From a bacterium (GTDB taxonomy: Bacteria > Zhuqueibacterota > Zhuqueibacteria > Residuimicrobiales > Krinioviventaceae): a stretch of DNA of 64,000 nucleotides. Each line of letters begins with the position of its first letter. Position 1 is the stretch's first letter. The stretch covers positions 544,001 to 608,000 of the forward strand of contig CAXXFV010000016.1 in NCBI GenBank assembly GCA_963674595.2. The letters are read 5' to 3'. The notes under the pieces were generated by a model, which was not told the origin of the DNA, did not search any database, and saw only the letters and a program-made list of their open reading frames with translations. This document shows positions 36,224 through 46,263 of this stretch, piece after piece. The translations under genes were made by a program, and so were the position numbers.

Positions 36224-37744
36224 TTGAAAAAGAAAATCAGATTTATTAATATTTATATATCCATGGTCCTTGTATTATCTCTGGCTTGTTCTCATGATAA
36301 TAAGGCCCGTGTTACAATTTTTCATACAAATGATATGCATGCACAATATTTACCTGTTCCGGCAATGTGGAGTCAAAAAGAACCAAAACCTATGATCGGT
36401 GGAATGGTTGCACTGGAAAAGACAATTACAAAATACAGGTCTTTATATTATCCATCAATTTTATTAGATGCAGGGGATATAATGACAGGAACCCCTATAT
36501 CCAATATAGAGTATAAAGGTGCAAATGGTGGTGCTTTTGTAGAAATGATGAACCTGATCGGTTATGATGCTTTTACGGTTGGGAATCACGAGTTTGATCA
36601 GGGTACGGATAATTTAAACCGGTTGTTGGACTTGGCGGACTTTGATGTTCTGTCTGCAAACCTGTATTCGAACCGGGAATTGTTTACCAAAAAGGCGTGG
36701 GCCGTTTACAATGTTACCGGCAAACGCATTGGCGTTATTGGTTTGTTAATGGAAAATCTGGCCGGTGTCGTTAACAAAAAAAACATACAAGGCCTTGAGG
36801 TTAAAAACCCGATAGAGGTTGCAGCAGATCTTGTGGAAAAACTTGATCCTGAAACAGATTTGTTAATTTTATTAACCCATCAGGGACTTGATGCTGACAT
36901 TGAATTGGCAAAAAATATAAAAAATGTTGATATCATTGTCGGCGGGCACAGTCACACCCGGTTAGATAAAGTAGTCAATATCAATGGCGTGCTGATTGTT
37001 CAGGCCGGTTCGGGCAGTCAGTTTTTGGGACGATTAACCGTTGATGTGGCTGGTGATTCTGTTGCATCCTATGAACATGAGTTAATACCTGTTTGGGCTG
37101 AAGAAAATATTAATAAAAAATTAAAAGTCAGCCGGATGGTAACGCATTATAAGAATATCATTGATAAACAATACAAACAAAAAATCGGCACCTTGTTGAC
37201 TGATTGGAAGAGAAGCAACTATGGAGAATCTAATCTTGGAAATTTTTTAACAGATGCGCTTCGGGAAAGATTTTACGGAGATTTTGCTGTTCTCAATGGC
37301 GGTGGGATTCGTAAAGATTTGCCTGCCGGTGCTATTACAAGGCTGGACATAAATGAGATGCTGCCTTTTTCAAATTATATCGTTTTGTTCAAATGTACCG
37401 GTCAACAACTTGTTCAACTGGTGCAAAAAAATGCGGATGCTTCTGTAGAAAAAAAATATAACATTCTTCAGGTTTCCGGATTGAGTTATAAATATCGTAA
37501 GACCAATAATGCGGCAACAATCCTGTCGCCGGAAATAAACGGTAAACCAATTCTACCGGATGCCGTATATACAGGTGTTGCTGTCGATTTTATTGTTCAT
37601 GATCAGGCAGAAAAATATTTCGGTTTTCAACCAAAAGAAATTACCGAAACAGGTGTATTATTATCAGATGTTATTATTGACTATATAAAATTAAGATCGA
37701 ACATTTCTTCAAAAGTTCTAGGACGAATAAGAAAAATTAAATAA
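36224..37744 (+). CDS. Bifunctional metallophosphatase / 5'-nucleotidase (probable lipoprotein)
   Basis: HTNDMH, LDAGD, GNHEFD, GGHSH, ESNLGN and NGGGIR motifs; LAC lipobox. Confidence 0.93.
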   Translation: MKKKIRFINIYISMVLVLSLACSHDNKARVTIFHTNDMHAQYLPVPAMWSQKEPKPMIGGMVALEKTITKYRSLYYPSILLDAGDIMTGTPISNIEYKGANGGAFVEMMNLIGYDAFTVGNHEFDQGTDNLNRLLDLADFDVLSANLYSNRELFTKKAWAVYNVTGKRIGVIGLLMENLAGVVNKKNIQGLEVKNPIEVAADLVEKLDPETDLLILLTHQGLDADIELAKNIKNVDIIVGGHSHTRLDKVVNINGVLIVQAGSGSQFLGRLTVDVAGDSVASYEHELIPVWAEENINKKLKVSRMVTHYKNIIDKQYKQKIGTLLTDWKRSNYGESNLGNFLTDALRERFYGDFAVLNGGGIRKDLPAGAITRLDINEMLPFSNYIVLFKCTGQQLVQLVQKNADASVEKKYNILQVSGLSYKYRKTNNAATILSPEINGKPILPDAVYTGVAVDFIVHDQAEKYFGFQPKEITETGVLLSDVIIDYIKLRSNISSKVLGRIRKIK

Positions 37745-37758
37745 TAAAAGGTGATAAA

Positions 37759-37989
37759 ATGCTGGCTGAAAGTGTAATAAAACCTCTGATCCGTGCTGGT
37801 GTCAAACCAAAATTGATTTGGGCCGTATGCCGGACCGGGCGATTGGTTATGGAAGAAAATAAAAATGATTTAACTCAGCAGGATGTTGATGAATGGAATT
37901 CGGCTTTAAAAGAATACCAGGAAAACTATCCAATGGATGATTGGGATATGAAAAATCTTGAAGAGATTATTGTTGAGGATAAATTTTAA
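37759..37989 (+). CDS. Small hypothetical protein
   Basis: 76 aa, RBS AAGGTG, fills the gap between co-oriented genes. Confidence 0.65.
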   Translation: MLAESVIKPLIRAGVKPKLIWAVCRTGRLVMEENKNDLTQQDVDEWNSALKEYQENYPMDDWDMKNLEEIIVEDKF

Positions 37990-38016
37990 TATCTAATTAA
38001 TGATGTGGAGTGTGTC

Positions 38017-39465
38017 ATGAAACAAAAATTGGATCTTTTGGAAATCGTTTGTCTTGGTCTTTTAATAGTTTGGATTATATCCTGCGCTGTTAATCCCGTC
38101 ACCGGTAAAAGAGATTTTATGTTGTTAACCGAGGCCGATGAAATTGCTTTGGGTGAACAAACAGACAAAGAAATAATACAGACCTATGGTCTTGTTCAGG
38201 ACTCTGAACTCGAAGCTTATGTTACGCGTTTGGGCAAGGAGATGGTCCCGCAGACACATCGCCCAAATTTAAATTACCAGTTTAAGGTTCTGGACACGCC
38301 GGTTATTAATGCTTTTGCAGTGCCGGGAGGATATGTTTATTTTACCCGGGGCATTTTAGCTTATCTGAATAATGAAGCGGAATTTGCCGGTGTACTTGGT
38401 CACGAATTGGGGCATGTTAATGCACGTCACTCCGCCATACAATACAGTCGGGCACAATTGGCCCAGGTTGGACTTGGGATTGGAGCGATTTTTTCCGAAG
38501 ATTTTCGAAAGTATGCCGGTTTGGCCCAATTTGGTGTCGGCCTCTTATTTATGCGGTTCAGTAGAGATAATGAGCGCCAGGCCGATGATTTGGGTGTAGA
38601 GTATTCCACCAAAGCCGGATATGATGCCAACTATATGGCCGAATTTTTTAATACCCTGGAACGAATGAATCCGGGTTCGGACCAAAGTGGTTTACCCGGA
38701 TGGTTTTCAACACATCCGAACCCTGTAGACCGTATTGCGGCCGTTAAACGTAAAACAGCAGAATTGCAAAAAGTTTATCCTAAAGATAAATTTGCCGTCA
38801 ACCGAAACGAATACCTTAATAATGTCAACGGCATTGTTTTTGGACAAGATCCAAGACAGGGATATGTGGAAGGCAATAGTTTTTACCATCCACAATTAAA
38901 AATTACTTTTTCCGTCCCCAGTAATTGGTCACTTAATAACACACCAGAACAGGTCCAAATGCTTTCCAAAGACCAGGACGCGGCGGTTTTGTTTTCTCTG
39001 GCAGAAGGCGCCACTCCTCTGGATGCCTCCAAAACATTTACACAAAATGCCAACGCACAAATAAAAACATCCGATGCGTTAAGCATTAACGGAATGCAGG
39101 CCCAGGCGGTTGTCAGTCTTGTTCCTTCGGATGGTGATACGCTGGAAGTTTTATCCTATTTTATTAAAAAAGACAATAATATCTTTGCTTTTCATGGATT
39201 CTGTAAGGAAAGTCAGTTTAAAACTTATAAATCTGTTTTAAATCAGCCAATGGCGGGATTTAAAAATTTAACCGATCCTAAAAAATTGAATGTCAAACCT
39301 GCCAATTTAAAACTGGGAACTGTGAAAAATAATACAACTGTGCAACAGGCGCTTTTAGGATTTGGAGTAGAGAAGGAAAAACTGGAAGAGATCGCTCTTA
39401 TGAACGGAATGTATTTAACCGACCAGGTGTCCAGTAATACATTGTTAAAATATGTTTCAAAATAA
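38017..39465 (+). CDS. M48-family zinc metalloprotease, lipoprotein
   Basis: CAVNPVTG, NAFAVPGG, HELGH, FSRDNERQAD and STHP motifs. Confidence 0.92.
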   Translation: MKQKLDLLEIVCLGLLIVWIISCAVNPVTGKRDFMLLTEADEIALGEQTDKEIIQTYGLVQDSELEAYVTRLGKEMVPQTHRPNLNYQFKVLDTPVINAFAVPGGYVYFTRGILAYLNNEAEFAGVLGHELGHVNARHSAIQYSRAQLAQVGLGIGAIFSEDFRKYAGLAQFGVGLLFMRFSRDNERQADDLGVEYSTKAGYDANYMAEFFNTLERMNPGSDQSGLPGWFSTHPNPVDRIAAVKRKTAELQKVYPKDKFAVNRNEYLNNVNGIVFGQDPRQGYVEGNSFYHPQLKITFSVPSNWSLNNTPEQVQMLSKDQDAAVLFSLAEGATPLDASKTFTQNANAQIKTSDALSINGMQAQAVVSLVPSDGDTLEVLSYFIKKDNNIFAFHGFCKESQFKTYKSVLNQPMAGFKNLTDPKKLNVKPANLKLGTVKNNTTVQQALLGFGVEKEKLEEIALMNGMYLTDQVSSNTLLKYVSK

Positions 39466-40276
39466 AATTTATCAGAAAAGTAAATGTGTGAAATCCAGAA
39501 TATATAAAATTACCTTGATTGTTTTTTTGACGTTGCACACCTATCTGCTGTTTCCAGGAATGTTTATTCTTTACAAAATGATGGGCAGTAGGATGTCTCC
39601 AGGTTGTAGGGCAAATGATTTCCATTTTTCCTTGTATGGTTTTTTGGCGATCATGGTTGTTTCATATATTGTAATTTTTCTGGCCATCAGGTTTGCTTTT
39701 TATTTTCCAAAATCAATTATGTTTAGAATAATAACCATCAGTGGTTATCTGATTTTAACGTATTTTTTATGTTCAAATTATGACAAAATTTATGGTTTTC
39801 ATGCCTGGTTTGAAAATACATTCACCACAGAAATGAAGGCTTATCGGGGACCATGTCTAGATTTTTGGAATAAACCTTATAATGATGAGATTAGCCAATT
39901 TTTATCGTTGCAAATATGGACAATGCACCCTGATTCTTATGAAAGATTAAGTACTGTATTCTCTGATTTAGATACTGATGATTGGGTGTTGACCACTATT
40001 GGTATGTTTAAGGAAAATAGTCATTGGGAGTCAAATCCTGTTTTTCTCGATAGTCGAGAGCATAATATCAAAAGATTAGAAGATTTTGACAAAAAAAAGC
40101 TAACCTATCTTGTAGGAAGGGAGATTAAAAATAAAAGTGTTGAGCGGCTTTTTAATGGAGAAGATAAGGTAAACTCAAGATTTATTAATTATATAATGGC
40201 TGATTCTACTTTAGATGATTCAAGTGAATTAAAAATACTTTATTCTATGATTGATTCTCTGATGGCTGCAAAATAA
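39452..40276 (+). CDS. Hypothetical membrane protein (3 N-terminal TM); start uncertain
   Basis: 274-aa ORF with hydrophobic N-terminal half, followed by a terminator. Confidence 0.55.
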   Translation: MFQNKIYQKSKCVKSRIYKITLIVFLTLHTYLLFPGMFILYKMMGSRMSPGCRANDFHFSLYGFLAIMVVSYIVIFLAIRFAFYFPKSIMFRIITISGYLILTYFLCSNYDKIYGFHAWFENTFTTEMKAYRGPCLDFWNKPYNDEISQFLSLQIWTMHPDSYERLSTVFSDLDTDDWVLTTIGMFKENSHWESNPVFLDSREHNIKRLEDFDKKKLTYLVGREIKNKSVERLFNGEDKVNSRFINYIMADSTLDDSSELKILYSMIDSLMAAK

Positions 40277-40313
40277 ATTATGACATGTTAATCTGATTAT
40301 TTCAAATATTAAT

Positions 40314-40352
40314 AAAAAAAGCCGCATCAACAAGATGCGGCTTTTTATTTTT
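40314..40352. terminator. Bidirectional rho-independent terminator
   Basis: AAAAAAAGCCGCATC-AACAA-GATGCGGCTTTTT between convergent genes. Confidence 0.88.
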
Positions 40353-40998
40353 AAAGTGACTTTTTACTAAAATACCAGTCTGTATAATCATATCCAAGGC
40401 TGGCCCGTTTCTCTGCGTCGGCCTGGGTTGTTGGAGGTGGAACAATAACTTTGTCACCTTCCTGCCAGTTTTCCGGTGTGGCAATACCATTTTTGTCTGA
40501 TGTCTGCAAGGCAACCAAAACACGATAGATTTCGTCAATACTGCGTCCGTTGGACAATGGATAATAAACCATTGCTCTCAAGATGCCTTTATCATCAATA
40601 ACAAAAACAGCGCGCACAGCCGATGTGTCGGCAGCGCCCGGATGGACCATGCCGTAAAGTTTGGCTACGTTCATATCCAGATCTGCAATAACCGGAAATG
40701 GTATTTCAACATCAAAATTATCTTTTATATTTCGAATCCATGCAATATGAGAATGAACACTGTCAATACTCAGACCAATGATTTCAGTATTTCGTTTTTT
40801 AAAATCATCAGATTTACGAGCAAAAGCCATAAACTCTGTTGTACAAACCGGTGTAAAATCGGCCGGATGTGAAAACAGGACAACCCATTTTCCTTTATAG
40901 TCAGATAAACTAATATCACCATGAGTTGTTTTGGCTTTAAATTGAGGTGCTGGTTCATTTAATCGAGGTAATGTTACTTGAATTTGTTCGTTTTCCAT
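40351..40998 (-). CDS. Peroxiredoxin (Prx6/1-Cys type)
   Basis: FSHPADFTPVCTTE, VRAVFVID and ATPENW motifs; RBS AGGAG. Confidence 0.95.
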   Translation of the reverse strand: MENEQIQVTLPRLNEPAPQFKAKTTHGDISLSDYKGKWVVLFSHPADFTPVCTTEFMAFARKSDDFKKRNTEIIGLSIDSVHSHIAWIRNIKDNFDVEIPFPVIADLDMNVAKLYGMVHPGAADTSAVRAVFVIDDKGILRAMVYYPLSNGRSIDEIYRVLVALQTSDKNGIATPENWQEGDKVIVPPPTTQADAEKRASLGYDYTDWYFSKKSL

Positions 40999-41075
40999 TT
41001 TTTCATCTCCTGTATTTGGTTTTAAATGTGCTTTTAAGATAAGATGTACTGATAATAATTTTGATTCAAAAAAAA

Positions 41076-41600
41076 TTAAAATTTCCCATCCATCCTAAAT
41101 TCAGCCTCGTCAAACCAAAACCCTGTTTGATTTAAATGATCATATTCTGCCTGCAACAAATTATAATGAAAAACTTCCTGTTCGCGTACAAAACTAAAAA
41201 TTTTCTTAACGTCCTCGTTTTCAGCCAGTTCAGAAGATTTTTCGAAAAAAGAGATGGCCTCTTTTTCCTGTTTCATGGCCAATCTAAGGGCGTTGAGTTC
41301 GTCTGTTGTTACTTTTGTCGCATCTTTGGCAGGTTGTTTTACACCAAATACAGGTACTTGTCTTGCTTGCGGATAGTCTTTTATAATATCTTGCCAGTTG
41401 TCAAGATTGTCCAAAGATTTTAACATCTTTTTAAATGTTGCAAGATGCAAGTTTTCTTCGTCCGCCAACATTTGAAAAATTTTCTTCCCTGATTCACTCT
41501 TTGTTGTAGTTGCCGCTTCCAGATAAAATTTGCGGCCATTCTTTTCCAGATCAATGGATGTTTTAATTGCTTCACCAATCGAATATTTTTTGTCCGGCAT
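41076..41600 (-). CDS. Ferritin-like/rubrerythrin-family protein
   Basis: E...FY and EENLH / EQEVFH di-iron motifs twice; ATG 41600 after GAAAGGAAGG. Confidence 0.87.
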   Translation of the reverse strand: MPDKKYSIGEAIKTSIDLEKNGRKFYLEAATTTKSESGKKIFQMLADEENLHLATFKKMLKSLDNLDNWQDIIKDYPQARQVPVFGVKQPAKDATKVTTDELNALRLAMKQEKEAISFFEKSSELAENEDVKKIFSFVREQEVFHYNLLQAEYDHLNQTGFWFDEAEFRMDGKF

Positions 41601-41625
41601 TGTCCTTCCTTTCAAAAAAGTGTGA

Positions 41626-42081
41626 TTAGTTTTCTCCTTGAATAAATGTATCGTATATTGATTCAATCCTTTCAAGGTGTTTTTTTTCTTCCTCGGCCAG
41701 CCATAAGAGTATTTTTTTTGTTTCAGTATCCATAGCCATTTCAGCCGTTTTTAAATAAAATTTTTCTGCTATGCGTTCCCGTTTCATTGCAAAGATAAGG
41801 ACATCCTGAATATTGTCAACGGATTCAATTTGCTGGTCTGTTAAAAAATCAATAAATGAGGCATTGTCTTGCTTATCAGCAGTTATTTCAACCTTTAAGG
41901 AATTGGCATCAAGTTCAAGTAATTTTTCTTTATGTACTTTTTCTTCTGAAGCCAGGTCCTGAAACAATTGTTTGACTGATTTGTCTTGAGCCGCATCGCT
42001 TGATTTTTGATAAATTTGTTGCGCTTCTATCTCTTTTTCAATAGCTTTTTCAATTATAGTTTTACTATCCAGTTTTTCCAT
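41626..42081 (-). CDS. Ferritin-like/rubrerythrin-family protein
   Basis: AIEKE..A..IY, EEKVH, AMKRE..A..FY and EEKKH motifs. Confidence 0.87.
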   Translation of the reverse strand: MEKLDSKTIIEKAIEKEIEAQQIYQKSSDAAQDKSVKQLFQDLASEEKVHKEKLLELDANSLKVEITADKQDNASFIDFLTDQQIESVDNIQDVLIFAMKRERIAEKFYLKTAEMAMDTETKKILLWLAEEEKKHLERIESIYDTFIQGEN

Positions 42082-42191
42082 ATAGCCTTTTTCCTTGTTT
42101 TTTCGTTTTTTAAAATGTATCAAATCCTGTAACAATAATCAATAGCCAGTTTACTGTTTTAATCATAATACTGAAAATGATAAAAAAATTC

Positions 42192-42220
42192 TTGCGTTAC
42201 TTTAATACAAATAGTATATT
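42192..42220 (+). promoter_or_regulatory. sigma70-like promoter candidate
   Basis: TTGCGT-17 bp-TATATT upstream of GTG 42276. Confidence 0.5.
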
Positions 42221-42275
42221 GAGTGAATAGTGCCTGTGCTTATATGTTGGCCGAGTTCAAGATGTTGAGGATTGT

Positions 42276-43001
42276 GTGAAATTAGGCATATTTTCAGATA
42301 TCCATGGTAACCTGTCGGCAGCTAAGGCTGTTTTGAAAGACCTGGAAAAGCAGAATTGTGATAAAATTATTTGTTTGGGCGACCTTGTTGGTTATGGCCC
42401 TTATCCTAATGAATGTATTGATCTTGTGAAAAAAGAGGCTGATGTAATTCTTGCCGGTAATCACGATCATGCTGCCATTGGATATACAAATGTTATGAGT
42501 TTTAATGTATATGCCAGATCATCTGCCGAATGGACGTTAAAAAGGTTATCCGATGAAAATCGTGAGTTTTTAGAATCATTACCTCTGACTCATTCGGAAA
42601 ACGATGTATTCTTTGTTCATGCAAGTCCGGTTAAACCAAAGGAATGGAATTATGTTTTAACAGAACATAAAGCCGAGCGGGCATTTGAATGTTTTCAGGA
42701 AAAAATATGTTTTATCGGTCATTCACATGTGCCCGTTGTCTTTTTTAAAAACGAAAACGATATAGCCGTAGAATTAAAAGAAACAGAATTTTTTGCAAAT
42801 GATCATAGATATATAATAAACGTAGGCAGCGTAGGGCAGCCAAGAGACCGAAATTCGTGTGCTTGTTATGCAACTTTTGATCTGGAGAACAAATTTTTTA
42901 AATTATTTAGAATTGAATACGATATAGAATCAACACAAAAAGCCATGTTGGATTTTGATTTGCCGGTTTTTTTAGTAAAACGGCTGCAGTATGGTAATTA
43001 A
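42276..43001 (+). CDS. Calcineurin-like metallophosphoesterase
   Basis: SDIHGN, GDLVGYG, GNHD, GHSH and NVGSVGQPRD motifs. Confidence 0.93.
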   Translation: MKLGIFSDIHGNLSAAKAVLKDLEKQNCDKIICLGDLVGYGPYPNECIDLVKKEADVILAGNHDHAAIGYTNVMSFNVYARSSAEWTLKRLSDENREFLESLPLTHSENDVFFVHASPVKPKEWNYVLTEHKAERAFECFQEKICFIGHSHVPVVFFKNENDIAVELKETEFFANDHRYIINVGSVGQPRDRNSCACYATFDLENKFFKLFRIEYDIESTQKAMLDFDLPVFLVKRLQYGN

Positions 43002-43038
43002 CCGGGGGAAAGTAAATAAAAGGAAAAGAGGCGTCATT

Positions 43039-43548
43039 ATGCAACCAAAGAACAGCAACAATGGGAAACGTCTGGTATTTTCCGAGGAAAGCTACGACAA
43101 AATAAATCGCACCCTTCAGGAACTCGCAAAACGGCTTCCTGCTCAGCTCTGTGTCTTTGCCGATAAGAATGGATATGTGATTAGTTATTTTGGGCTGGAT
43201 TCTGAAATCGACTTGACCTCACTAACGGCTTTGTCTGCCGGGGCTTTTTCTGCCACCGTGGAAATTGCTTCCCAAATCGGAGAATCAGATCAGTTTAAAT
43301 TTATCAATCATGAAGGACAAAAAAACAATCTCTATTTAAGCAGCATTTCAGATCATTATATGATGATCATTGTTTGTGACAAGAGTGTTGCTGCCGGAAT
43401 GGTAAGGGTTTTAACTCATCATGCTATTCAACGAATCGAAAGTCTGATAGCGGAATTAAAGCTGGAAAATAAAAAAGCTATGCAATATATAGACGTTGAA
43501 TTTGGCAGTTTATTGACAAGTGAGTTAAACAGAACTTTTGGCCTGTAA
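43039..43548 (+). CDS. mglB: Roadblock/LC7 protein, MglB-like GAP
   Basis: LVFSEE, DKNGYVI, LTALSAGAFSAT..IA..IGE, HEG and GMVR motifs; directly upstream of mglA (ORF extends to 42991). Confidence 0.85.
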   Translation: MQPKNSNNGKRLVFSEESYDKINRTLQELAKRLPAQLCVFADKNGYVISYFGLDSEIDLTSLTALSAGAFSATVEIASQIGESDQFKFINHEGQKNNLYLSSISDHYMMIIVCDKSVAAGMVRVLTHHAIQRIESLIAELKLENKKAMQYIDVEFGSLLTSELNRTFGL

Positions 43549-43556
43549 AAAACATC

Positions 43557-44135
43557 ATGTATATCGATCATTTTCGGCAAGAAATTTTTTTTAAAATTGT
43601 TTATTATGGACCAGGTCTGGGAGGAAAAACAACGAATTTAGAGTATATTCATGCTCATATCGATCCTTCCAGAAGAAGTAAACTCGTCTCTTTAAAGACA
43701 AAAGAAGAACGAACGCTTTATTTTGATTTTCTTCAACTGGAAGTAGGTCGCATTAAAGGGATGAAGCCGCGGTTCCATCTTTATACGATCCCAGGTCAAT
43801 TACAATATGGCGCCAGCCGTCAATTGATTTTAAAAAATGCGGATGCTGTTGTCTTTGTTGCAGACTCTCAGTCCGCACGGTTGAGAGATAATTTGGAAAC
43901 CTTGGCCGACCTGGAACGTAAACTGATAAAAATGAACAAAACCCTGGCAACGTTTCCCTGGGTTATGCAATATAATAAACGTGATTTGAATAATTCTGCG
44001 CCTTTGAGTCGGTTACAGGCTCGGTTAAATTTTATTAATGTGCCTTTTTATGAAGCTGTTGCCAGAGACGGTAACGGCGTATTTGAAACATTAAAATCTG
44101 TTATCGAATTAACTGTACAAAAAATGTTGGATTAG
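43557..44135 (+). CDS. mglA: Small GTPase MglA
   Basis: KIVYYGPGLGGKTTNL, ERTLYFDFL, LYTIPGQ, VFVADSQ, NKRDL and EAVA motifs. Confidence 0.93.
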   Translation: MYIDHFRQEIFFKIVYYGPGLGGKTTNLEYIHAHIDPSRRSKLVSLKTKEERTLYFDFLQLEVGRIKGMKPRFHLYTIPGQLQYGASRQLILKNADAVVFVADSQSARLRDNLETLADLERKLIKMNKTLATFPWVMQYNKRDLNNSAPLSRLQARLNFINVPFYEAVARDGNGVFETLKSVIELTVQKMLD

Positions 44136-44156
44136 CTATACATTTTCAGGTAAAGC

Positions 44157-44591
44157 GTGAGTGGAGGGAAAAATAATTTTATGAATAATTCAACAATAAA
44201 AATAGATAATAACGAACCGGTAGCTTTACAAAAAAAAATAGAGTTGTTGCTCAAAGAGAGTGTATGCACAGGTGAGTTGGAAGCCATGTTTTTATATGAC
44301 CAACAGGGCTTACCAATTGCAGGTTTCAGCAGTAACACCAATCTTGGGGAAATGATGGCCGTAGAAATTTCTGTTTTGATTATGACGATTAAAGATAAAT
44401 TGTCTCAGCTTGGAAATAATTCCGGCCTGAAAGAAATTTTAATAGAAAATGAAGAATCAAAGCGCTTTGTGTTTCGGTTTATTCCTTTTTATCATGAAAG
44501 TGCTGTTTTAGTTGTTGTTGTCCCGCCACGTAAAAGATATCGAGCTATAGTTAATCGCTTTACTAAAGCTTTCTTGAAATTGGATTTCTAA
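44157..44591 (+). CDS. Second roadblock/LC7-like protein (start may be ATG 44181)
   Basis: LYDQQGLPIA motif, roadblock-like alpha/beta pattern and size, adjacent to mglA. Confidence 0.65.
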   Translation: MSGGKNNFMNNSTIKIDNNEPVALQKKIELLLKESVCTGELEAMFLYDQQGLPIAGFSSNTNLGEMMAVEISVLIMTIKDKLSQLGNNSGLKEILIENEESKRFVFRFIPFYHESAVLVVVVPPRKRYRAIVNRFTKAFLKLDF

Positions 44592-44614
44592 AATATTCCG
44601 GAATTATAGATAAT

Positions 44615-45928
44615 ATGACATCCACCCGTCCTGCTAAACCACCACTCTCTGCTACAATTTCATGGATTTTATATGATTTTGCCAATACCGCCTATTCCAT
44701 GAATGTAGTATCTTTGTATTTCAGTACATGGATCATTCTTGATTTAGCCCAGCGAGATATATGGGTCTCTGCGGCCAACTCTTTATCCATGCTTTTAGTT
44801 GCCATAAGTATGCCTGTTTTAGGTGACTGGTCGGATCATAAGGGGAAAAAAGTATCTCTTTTATTGTTATTTACAGCCGTTTGTATTTTGGGTACCGCCG
44901 GCATGGGCACCGGAGGATTTACAATAAATAATGTGGCTATTTTGGTCCCCCTGATGTTGTTTTTTTATACGATTTCAAATTATGCTTATCAGGGCGGTCT
45001 TGTTTTTTATAATGCATTAATGCCGCATGTCAGTACCCCACGCACAATCGGGCGTATTTCCGGATATGGTGTTGCCTTGGGTTATCTGGGATCGGTTACC
45101 GGACTGATGATTGCCCGTGCCTTTGTTGAAGGCGATTTTTTTGGTATGAATATTTCATTCATTCAGGGCCAGGGAACGGCCGGCGCGTTCTTCCCGACAG
45201 CTATAATTTTTCTGATCTTTTCAATTCCGCTGTTTATCTTTGTTAAAGAACCAAAGGTGCAGGTTGATCAGGAAAATGACTGGAGCGTGTCAACGTCCTA
45301 TAAAAAAGTTTGGATGATTTTAAAGGATACACAAAAATATCCCGGTCTTTTACGGTTTTTAATAGCCAAGCTTTTTTACGAAGACAGTGTGCAGACGATT
45401 ATTTTATTTATGGGTGTTTATACCCAGGCCGTAATGGGATTTTCAAGAGCTGAAGCAAACCAGTTTTTTATTGTTGTTATTCCTTCGGCCATTATAGGGT
45501 CCGCACTTTGTGGAATTTTAACAGACCATTATGGTCCGAAAAAGACATTATTAGGCGTTATCTTTCTCTGGGTCATTTCCTTAATATGTGTAATATTAAT
45601 AACAAACCAATTTGCTTTTTGGATTATCGGATGTGTTATTGGTGCACTGCTTGGTTCTGTTTGGACGGCTGCACGCCCGCTGCTGATATCACTGGTTCCA
45701 AGTCACATGTTGGGAGAATTTTTTGGCTTGTATGCCCTTTCGGGTAAAGTCGCTGCCATACTGGGTCCGTTAATCTGGAGCTTGACGACTTTTTTGTTTA
45801 ACGATTTTGGTGATGCCATAAAATATAAAGCGGCCATCGGTGCCTTGTTGATTATCATGTCAATTGGATTTTTTATTTTGATACCTGTTCCGGATTTTCA
45901 TAAAAAACAAAAATCCGGCAGATTATAA
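44615..45928 (+). CDS. MFS transporter (ATG22/UMF1-like)
   Basis: SWILYDFANTAY, VFYNALMP, ISGYGVALGYLG and EFFGLYALSGK motifs; about 12 TM. Confidence 0.9.
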   Translation: MTSTRPAKPPLSATISWILYDFANTAYSMNVVSLYFSTWIILDLAQRDIWVSAANSLSMLLVAISMPVLGDWSDHKGKKVSLLLLFTAVCILGTAGMGTGGFTINNVAILVPLMLFFYTISNYAYQGGLVFYNALMPHVSTPRTIGRISGYGVALGYLGSVTGLMIARAFVEGDFFGMNISFIQGQGTAGAFFPTAIIFLIFSIPLFIFVKEPKVQVDQENDWSVSTSYKKVWMILKDTQKYPGLLRFLIAKLFYEDSVQTIILFMGVYTQAVMGFSRAEANQFFIVVIPSAIIGSALCGILTDHYGPKKTLLGVIFLWVISLICVILITNQFAFWIIGCVIGALLGSVWTAARPLLISLVPSHMLGEFFGLYALSGKVAAILGPLIWSLTTFLFNDFGDAIKYKAAIGALLIIMSIGFFILIPVPDFHKKQKSGRL

Positions 45929-46263
45929 TTCCAGTGAATTGATGCTTTGATGTTTAGTATATTTTGCTTAAACTGTACAATATATTTTTTTAATATTTTC
46001 CAAGTGTTGACCAAAAGTAACGTAATTTATATTTGAGTAAATATTTTATTTTCACATAATTATATTATAAATAGTTAGTTGGGTTATTTTTTGGTTGTTT
46101 GGCTCAGTTATTGCATTTTAGAAAAATTTAAGATTTTAGGTTTTAATTGTTTCTTAAACGCCACAAAAGAAATGGTGTTAATTTTACGCAATATTTATGT
46201 ATCGTTAATATATAATAAGTATATAATAAAATATATTTAATCCTAAACCAAAAGTGAGTTTTG

